A stretch of 64,000 nucleotides of DNA from Candidatus Levyibacteriota bacterium (GTDB taxonomy: Bacteria; Patescibacteriota; Microgenomatia; Levybacterales; UBA12049): the NCBI GenBank assembly GCA_016432345.1, contig CP066685.1, forward strand, positions 304,236 through 368,235, in the 5' to 3' direction. Under the pieces are notes generated by a model, which saw only the letters and a list, made by a program, of their open reading frames with translations, was not told the DNA's origin and made no database searches. The position numbers were made by a program, and so were the translations under genes. Positions 58,234 to 64,000 of the stretch are shown here, piece after piece; within the stretch, counting starts at the first letter, position 1, and each line of letters opens with the position of its first letter.

Positions 58234-58958
58234 AAAAACACAGCGTAGAAATAACAGTACCTGTCTATAATGAAGAAAAGGAATTGGAAGGAAATATCCT
58301 TAAACTTGCTGATTTTTGTAAAGAAAATCTAAAAAGCTACGATTGGCATATTACTATTGCCGATAATGCTTCAACGGACAACACACCGGTTATTTCGTCA
58401 ATTCTATCAAAGAAAAATAGCGATATATTTCATCTGCGTTTAGAACAAAAGGGCAGGGGAAGAGCGGTAAAACGTGCATGGAGCAATGCGGAGACAGATT
58501 ATTGTATCTATATGGATTTGGATTTATCTACAGATTTAAAACATTTACCGGAGCTTATTCATGTTCTTGAAAAAGGTTGCGATATAGCAATTGGTTCACG
58601 TTTAGCAAAAGGCGCCCGTGTTGAGGGGCGAACATTGCTTCGCGAAATTACATCAAGAGTTCTTAATATTGTTTTTATAAAACTTCCGTTCCAGACACAT
58701 TTTACCGATGCGCAATGTGGATTTAAAGGGGTAAAAAAGAAAGTAGTCTTAGAACTCTTGCCAAAAATTAAAGATAATGACTGGTTTTTTGATGGAGAAC
58801 TTTTAATCGTTGGCGAAAAAAGCGGTTACAAAATTTGCGAACTTCCTATTCATTGGGTAGATAATCCAGGATCAACAGTTAGACTTGTCTCAACAATCTG
58901 GGGAGATATAATGGTTATTTGGAGGTTGTTTAGGACCAAGCCATGGAGAAATCAGTAG
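58230..58958 (+). CDS. GT2 polyprenyl-phosphate glycosyltransferase-like
   Basis: PVYNEE, DNASTD, KGRGRA, YMDLDLST, DAQCGFK. Confidence 0.9.
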   Translation: MKKHSVEITVPVYNEEKELEGNILKLADFCKENLKSYDWHITIADNASTDNTPVISSILSKKNSDIFHLRLEQKGRGRAVKRAWSNAETDYCIYMDLDLSTDLKHLPELIHVLEKGCDIAIGSRLAKGARVEGRTLLREITSRVLNIVFIKLPFQTHFTDAQCGFKGVKKKVVLELLPKIKDNDWFFDGELLIVGEKSGYKICELPIHWVDNPGSTVRLVSTIWGDIMVIWRLFRTKPWRNQ

Positions 58959-58959
58959 T

Positions 58960-60414
58960 ATGGATGAGCTTGACATTTTGACAATTGGAAAAAGGTCTGC
59001 GCATGGAATTTTAGCTCTTATTTCGCGGACATTTTTTTTAAGTATTATTTCTTTTGTTTCATCACTTGTTATTTTTACAGTTTTAACACCTTTAGATTTA
59101 GGAATTTACACAGCTGCCATTGCAGGCCAGCGGATTATTAGTTTTTTTACTGATTTTGGTTTTGGCGCAGCATTGATTCAAAAAAAAGAATCTCTTGAAA
59201 AGAAGGAATTAAAAACAGTATTTAGCGTGCAAGTAATTGCAACGTTGTTTTTATTTGTTGTGGTTGTAGTTTTTAGAGATCAGATTGCTAATTTTTTCCA
59301 GCTTGGAGAAAAAGCGCTAAGATTATTTCTTGTGCTTGTTTTCTTAATTTTTTTATCTTCTTTTAAGATTATTCCCTCAATTCTTCTAGAAAGAGAAATT
59401 CATTTTCAGAAATTAATTATTCCTCAAATTATTGAATCATTTATTTTTAATGCAATTCTTGTTATTTTAGTGCTTTTGGGGTATGGTATTGATAGTTATA
59501 GCTTTGCATTTCTTGTTTCTGCATTTATAGGAATTCCATTTTATTATTTTGTTTCTCCATGGAAAATTAGTTTTGGCATAGATAAGCAATCATTAAAACA
59601 TCTTCATTTTGGCGCACAATTTCAGGCAAAAAATATTCTTGCGGCAGTAAAAGATGATCTACTTACAGTTTATTTGGCAAAAACCTTGTCTTTTGTTGAT
59701 CTTGGATATATTGGATTTGGTCAACGTAATGCATTTTTTGCTTACCGCTTTATTGTTGACAATGTAACAAAAGTCACGTTTTCAACATACGCTAGAATGC
59801 AGGATGATCTTAAACTTTTAAAATCTGTTATTGAAAAATCTTTGTTTCTTGTAAGTTCTGCAATTTTTCCTTTGCTTTTCGGACTTATTATTGTTGCTCC
59901 GTACATAATTTTATATTTTCCAAAATGGCAGCAAAAGTGGGAACCTGCAATTATAAGTTTAACATTTTTTTCTTTGAATGCGGCTGTGTCTTCGATATCT
60001 GGAATTCTTGTGACAGTGCTTGACGCAACTGGTAGAGTAAGACAAACATTATATCTTATGATTTTGTGGACAGCGGCAACATGGATTATAACTCCGATAA
60101 GCATTTCTCTTTTTGGCTATAACGGCGTTGCCGTTACGTCTTTTCTTATAACACTTACTATCAGTATAACCGTTTATCTTGTAAAAAAGATTGTAAACTT
60201 TAGATTTTTTTCAAGTATTTATAAACCTCTTTTTTGTTCAGTCGTAATGAGTGTGTTTGTTTTTTTAACTGCGAAAATGTTTGTTGCTAATTTTATTAGC
60301 TTGGGTATTATAATAATGTTGGGAGCAGTAGTTTATATTTCTTTAATGTCTTTTTTTGCCAAAGAAATTAGAGAGGATATAAAACAATTAATTAAAAGTT
60401 ATGAAAAAAAATAA
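58960..60414 (+). CDS. Oligosaccharide flippase (Wzx/MOP superfamily)
   Basis: DFGFGAALIQKK; about 12-14 TM segments. Confidence 0.85.
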   Translation: MDELDILTIGKRSAHGILALISRTFFLSIISFVSSLVIFTVLTPLDLGIYTAAIAGQRIISFFTDFGFGAALIQKKESLEKKELKTVFSVQVIATLFLFVVVVVFRDQIANFFQLGEKALRLFLVLVFLIFLSSFKIIPSILLEREIHFQKLIIPQIIESFIFNAILVILVLLGYGIDSYSFAFLVSAFIGIPFYYFVSPWKISFGIDKQSLKHLHFGAQFQAKNILAAVKDDLLTVYLAKTLSFVDLGYIGFGQRNAFFAYRFIVDNVTKVTFSTYARMQDDLKLLKSVIEKSLFLVSSAIFPLLFGLIIVAPYIILYFPKWQQKWEPAIISLTFFSLNAAVSSISGILVTVLDATGRVRQTLYLMILWTAATWIITPISISLFGYNGVAVTSFLITLTISITVYLVKKIVNFRFFSSIYKPLFCSVVMSVFVFLTAKMFVANFISLGIIIMLGAVVYISLMSFFAKEIREDIKQLIKSYEKK

Positions 60415-61312
60415 ATTGTCCATTGTTATTAGCGCATACAATGAAGAAGGGAAGATTACGCAATGTCTTGAGTCGGCTTCTTTTGCTGATGAGATTGTTT
60501 TTGTTGATAATTCTTCGGCAGACAAAACAGTTGAAATTGCCAAAAAATTTACTGACAAAATTTTTATTAAGCCAAATAATTTAATGCTTAATACTAATAA
60601 AAATTTTGGTTTTTCCAAAGCAACAGGTGATTGGATTTTAAGCCTGGATGCAGATGAGAGAATTACTCTTGAATTAAAAGAAGAGATGTTATCTGCTACA
60701 CGCCACGCGCCATCTGGTGTTAACGGCTTTTGGCTTCCGCGCAAAAATATAATTTTTGGCAAATGGATCAAGCATACAGGTTGGTATCCCGATTATCAAT
60801 TAAGATTATTTAAAAAAGATATGGGAAGTTTCTCTGCCAAACATGTTCATGAAATGATTACTCTTAAAGGAGAAACAGCTTATGTTAAAGAACATATATT
60901 ACATTATAATTACGATTCCATTTCGCAATTTCTAACAAAGCTTGATCTTATCTACACCTCAAATGAGGCCGAACAATTGTTAGGAAATGGATATGTAATA
61001 ACTTGGGCGGATGCGCTTAAAATGCCAATAAAAGAATTTGTAAGTAGATTTTTTGCACGAGAAGGATACAAAGACGGTTTTCATGGCTTGATGCTTTCTA
61101 TACTTATGGCATTTTATCATTTTATTGTTTTTGCCAAAATTTGGGAAAAACAAGGATTTAATCAAATTAGTGATGCCAAGATTTTACCGCAGACAGAAAT
61201 AGAAGTTAGAAATGCGCATAAAGAGATAATGTTTTGGTTTTTTAATGAGAAAATAAAGTCAGCAAATGGAATCAAAAAACTGCTATTTAGACTACGTCGT
61301 CATCTCATCTAA
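60401..61312 (+). CDS. GT2 glycosyltransferase (WaaE/KdtX-like)
   Basis: DEIVFVD, LDADE, WYPDYQLRLF, HVHE, GYKDG. Confidence 0.9.
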   Translation: MKKNKLSIVISAYNEEGKITQCLESASFADEIVFVDNSSADKTVEIAKKFTDKIFIKPNNLMLNTNKNFGFSKATGDWILSLDADERITLELKEEMLSATRHAPSGVNGFWLPRKNIIFGKWIKHTGWYPDYQLRLFKKDMGSFSAKHVHEMITLKGETAYVKEHILHYNYDSISQFLTKLDLIYTSNEAEQLLGNGYVITWADALKMPIKEFVSRFFAREGYKDGFHGLMLSILMAFYHFIVFAKIWEKQGFNQISDAKILPQTEIEVRNAHKEIMFWFFNEKIKSANGIKKLLFRLRRHLI

Positions 61313-62221
61313 ATGAATAAAGTAAGTATAGTTATTGTAAATTTTAACGGAAAAAAAGATACATTTCAATGTATAGAAAGTGTTGAAAAATTACAACCCG
61401 CCAGCTGGCGGGCAAATTACAAATTACAAATTATTGTTGTTGATAACGGTTCTGAAGAGGAGTTCAAAAAAGATGAAATTACAGTTTTAAGAAACGAAAA
61501 AAATCTCGGATTTTCTGGGGGAAATAATGTTGGAATCAGATATGCTTTGGGAAATGGAGCAGATTATGTAATGCTTTTGAACAACGACACGATAGTTAAT
61601 CAGCATTTAGTTGAAGAATTATTAAAGGTTGCCAACTTGGATAAAAGAATAGGAGTTGTAGTTCCTAAAATTTATTTTGCCAAAGGCCACGAATTTCATA
61701 GAGAGCGATATAAAGAAGAAGAGCGGGGAAAAGTAATTTGGTATGCGGGAGGGGTAATAGATTGGAATAATGTCGTAGGAATTCATAGAGGAGTTGATAA
61801 AGTAGATCATGGTCAATATGACAAAGTGGAGAAAACAGATTTTGCAACAGGATGTTGCATGTTAATTAAAAAGGAAGTTTTCGAACATGTTGGTTTATTC
61901 GATGAGAAGTATTTTTTATATTATGAAGATGCAGATTTTAGTATGAGGGCGATTAGGGGGGAATACAAAATCGTATATATGCCAAAGGCATTTCTTTGGC
62001 ATATTAATGCTGGTTCGACAGGGGGGTCAGGGTCGGCTCTTCAGGATTATTATACGACTAGAAACAGAATGCTTTTCGGAATGAGATATGCGCCATTGCG
62101 ATCAAAAGTAGCATTAATTAGAGAAAGTGTAAGTTTATTTTTTTCTGGGAGAAATTGGCAGCGTGTTGGAGTACGTGATTTTTATATCTCCCGTTTTGGG
62201 CGAGGAAGTTTTTTGATATGA
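61313..62221 (+). CDS. GT2 glycosyltransferase (rhamnosyltransferase-like)
   Basis: NLGFSGGNN, LLNNDT, TGCCMLI, FLYYEDAD, RNR. Confidence 0.9.
   Translation: MNKVSIVIVNFNGKKDTFQCIESVEKLQPASWRANYKLQIIVVDNGSEEEFKKDEITVLRNEKNLGFSGGNNVGIRYALGNGADYVMLLNNDTIVNQHLVEELLKVANLDKRIGVVVPKIYFAKGHEFHRERYKEEERGKVIWYAGGVIDWNNVVGIHRGVDKVDHGQYDKVEKTDFATGCCMLIKKEVFEHVGLFDEKYFLYYEDADFSMRAIRGEYKIVYMPKAFLWHINAGSTGGSGSALQDYYTTRNRMLFGMRYAPLRSKVALIRESVSLFFSGRNWQRVGVRDFYISRFGRGSFLI
61388..61434 (+). repeat. Heptamer array (AAATTAC) interrupted by perfect 16-bp palindrome CCCGCCAGCTGGCGGG
   Basis: AAATTAC-AA-[61397-61412]-C-AAATTAC-AAATTAC-AAATTAT; encodes KLQPASWRANYKLQI. Confidence 0.92.
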
Positions 62222-62979
62222 AATTATCCGCAATTATTATTGCAAAAGATGCAGAAGAACACATTGCAGATGCGATAAATTCTGTTTCCTTCGCAGACGA
62301 GACTATTGTTATCGATAATGGATCGATTGATAGAACATTGAATGTAGTAAGTAAAATGGGAGCAAAAAGTTTTTCATATCGGGCAAAGGGCTTTGCTGAT
62401 GCAAGAAACTTTGGTTTGCAAAAAGCAAAAGGCGAGTGGGTTTTCTATATTGATTCAGATGAGAGAGTAACAGATGTCTTGCAAAAAGAAATTGAATCAG
62501 CAATAAAAAATAAGGAATCAGATATTGTTGCATTTAAAGTGAAACGAAAGAATTATTACTATGGAAATCATCAGTGGCCGTATATTGAAAAGTTAGAAAG
62601 GTTATTTAGAAAAAAAAATCTTGAAGAATGGTATGGAGATTTACATGAAAGTCCAAAAATTAAAGGATCAGTTGGTTTGCTGGATGGTTTTTTGCTTCAC
62701 TACACGCGTCAAAACCTTGAATCTATGGTGGAGAAAACTATTGCCTGGTCGAAAGTGGAAGCAGAGTTGCGGTTTAGAGCAAATCATCCAAAGATGGCCT
62801 GGTGGCGTTTTTTTCGAGTTATGCTCACTGCATTTTATGATTCATACATTAAGCAAGGTGGATGGAAAGCAGGAATAATGGGTTTAATAGAAAGCATTTA
62901 TCAATCATTTAGCATGTTTATTACTTACTCTCGACTTTGGGAATTTCAAAACAAGCAAAATGGAGAAGAAAAAAATTAA
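62218..62979 (+). CDS. GT2 glycosyltransferase (WaaE/KdtX-like)
   Basis: IDNGSID, ARNFGL, IDSDE, RLF, LHE. Confidence 0.9.
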   Translation: MKLSAIIIAKDAEEHIADAINSVSFADETIVIDNGSIDRTLNVVSKMGAKSFSYRAKGFADARNFGLQKAKGEWVFYIDSDERVTDVLQKEIESAIKNKESDIVAFKVKRKNYYYGNHQWPYIEKLERLFRKKNLEEWYGDLHESPKIKGSVGLLDGFLLHYTRQNLESMVEKTIAWSKVEAELRFRANHPKMAWWRFFRVMLTAFYDSYIKQGGWKAGIMGLIESIYQSFSMFITYSRLWEFQNKQNGEEKN

Positions 62980-62980
62980 T

Positions 62981-64000
62981 ATGAAAGTTAAACCAATTGT
63001 TAGAAAGATAGTTATTTATAGAATTGTTTGTTTTATCCTATTTTTAGTTATTTTTGCCAGGCCTACTTTTTTAGTCTATCAACAAAGGGAAAAATTTTTT
63101 TGGCCAGGATACCATTTGCAGTACGAAGCATATCGGTCTACATATTACTCTTCGCAATATGTCCAAAAAAAGAATCCGGGAATTATTCCTGATGAAACAT
63201 TAACTGCTTTTGCAGGAGGCATTTTTTTAAAAGGTATAAATCCTATACTTATAGTACATGATCATCCGCCTTTGGGGCGATATATTATTTCTCTCTCTAT
63301 TTTTCTATTTGATAATGCAAATACAATTGTAATCCCGTTGACTATTATTTCAGTATTGGGAGTATTTCTTATTGGAAGATTATGTTTAAACAACAGCCTA
63401 TTGTTATCGTTTATTCCTCTTGGAATTTTTATTAATGAACCTCTTTTTCTTGGTAAATTTAGTTACTCGCCAGTTCTTGAGTCTGTTCAATTGCCTTTTA
63501 TTATTTTTGCGTTGTATTTTTTTATAAAAGCAATTACAGCAAGAAAATATTTTTTTTGGTTTCTGCTCACCTCGCTTATGTTGGGTTTTGTGATTAGCAC
63601 CAGGTTTTTTATTCTTGGAGCAGCAGAACTTTTTAGCATGATGCTTTACCTGCTTTTGCAAAAAAACTTTGACAGAAGAGTCATTATTTTATTTATTTTA
63701 ACGCTACCCTTATCTCTAATTGTACTCATATTATCATATATAAAAACAATCCAAGCAGGGTATTCTGTTATGCAGGTTTTTTCAATCCAAAAATACATAC
63801 TGGCTTATCAACAATCAAAGTTGATTAATCTTTTTTCTTTCTGGGACTTAATACTTTTTAATAGATGGCATACATGGTGGGCAGATCAGCGGATTATTAC
63901 CGATGATACTTGGATTTTAGCCTGGCCAATTGCTACAGTTCTTACATTTATTAATTTTATATTAGTAGCGTTTAGAAAATTAAGGCTTACCGAATCAGAA
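62981..64000 (+). CDS. GT-C/PMT-like membrane protein, 3' truncated by window edge
   Basis: Frame reads open to the edge (alternative ATG 62960); IPDE, HPPLGRY motif, multi-TM. Confidence 0.7.
   Translation, partial: MKVKPIVRKIVIYRIVCFILFLVIFARPTFLVYQQREKFFWPGYHLQYEAYRSTYYSSQYVQKKNPGIIPDETLTAFAGGIFLKGINPILIVHDHPPLGRYIISLSIFLFDNANTIVIPLTIISVLGVFLIGRLCLNNSLLLSFIPLGIFINEPLFLGKFSYSPVLESVQLPFIIFALYFFIKAITARKYFFWFLLTSLMLGFVISTRFFILGAAELFSMMLYLLLQKNFDRRVIILFILTLPLSLIVLILSYIKTIQAGYSVMQVFSIQKYILAYQQSKLINLFSFWDLILFNRWHTWWADQRIITDDTWILAWPIATVLTFINFILVAFRKLRLTESE

Noticed and set aside
1..64000. CRISPR array, rRNA, transposase, intact integrase or reverse transcriptase
   Set aside because: No repeat-spacer structure, rRNA-like sequence or such ORFs were seen; the heptamer arrays have no spacers.
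1..64000. Alternative genetic code (TGA = Gly, code 25)
   Set aside because: Conserved genes are full length under code 11 and several end in TGA with ATGA overlaps.

Overview
An AT-rich, gene-dense bacterial window using the standard code (TGA = stop). Gene content and style suggest a Patescibacteria/CPR genome, probably Microgenomates; this is inference. In order it holds: the end of a glycosyltransferase cluster; an Rrf2-sufCBDS-Nudix-sufU-ferredoxin-2-oxoacid:ferredoxin oxidoreductase operon; an HTH/PIN toxin-antitoxin-like pair; a membrane sensor-fused trehalose-6-phosphate synthase; secDF; cca; recJ; a divergent RelA/SpoT-like protein; aspS; gltX; lon with a CIRCE-like operator; tRNA-Gln(CTG) and tRNA-Glu(CTC); and a roughly 21 kb sugar-modification/GT2/GT-C/flippase cluster. 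The most striking unexplained structure is at least 14 short tandem arrays of 7-bp units (3-5+ copies, about 10 different unit sequences) inside otherwise intact genes, including sufC, sufS, secF, recJ and gltX. They appear to overwrite protein segments rather than simply insert, they avoid in-frame stops, and they recur at equivalent positions of paralogues with different units. Many genes also appear to have leaderless promoters. All family assignments come from motif recognition by eye; no database search was run.
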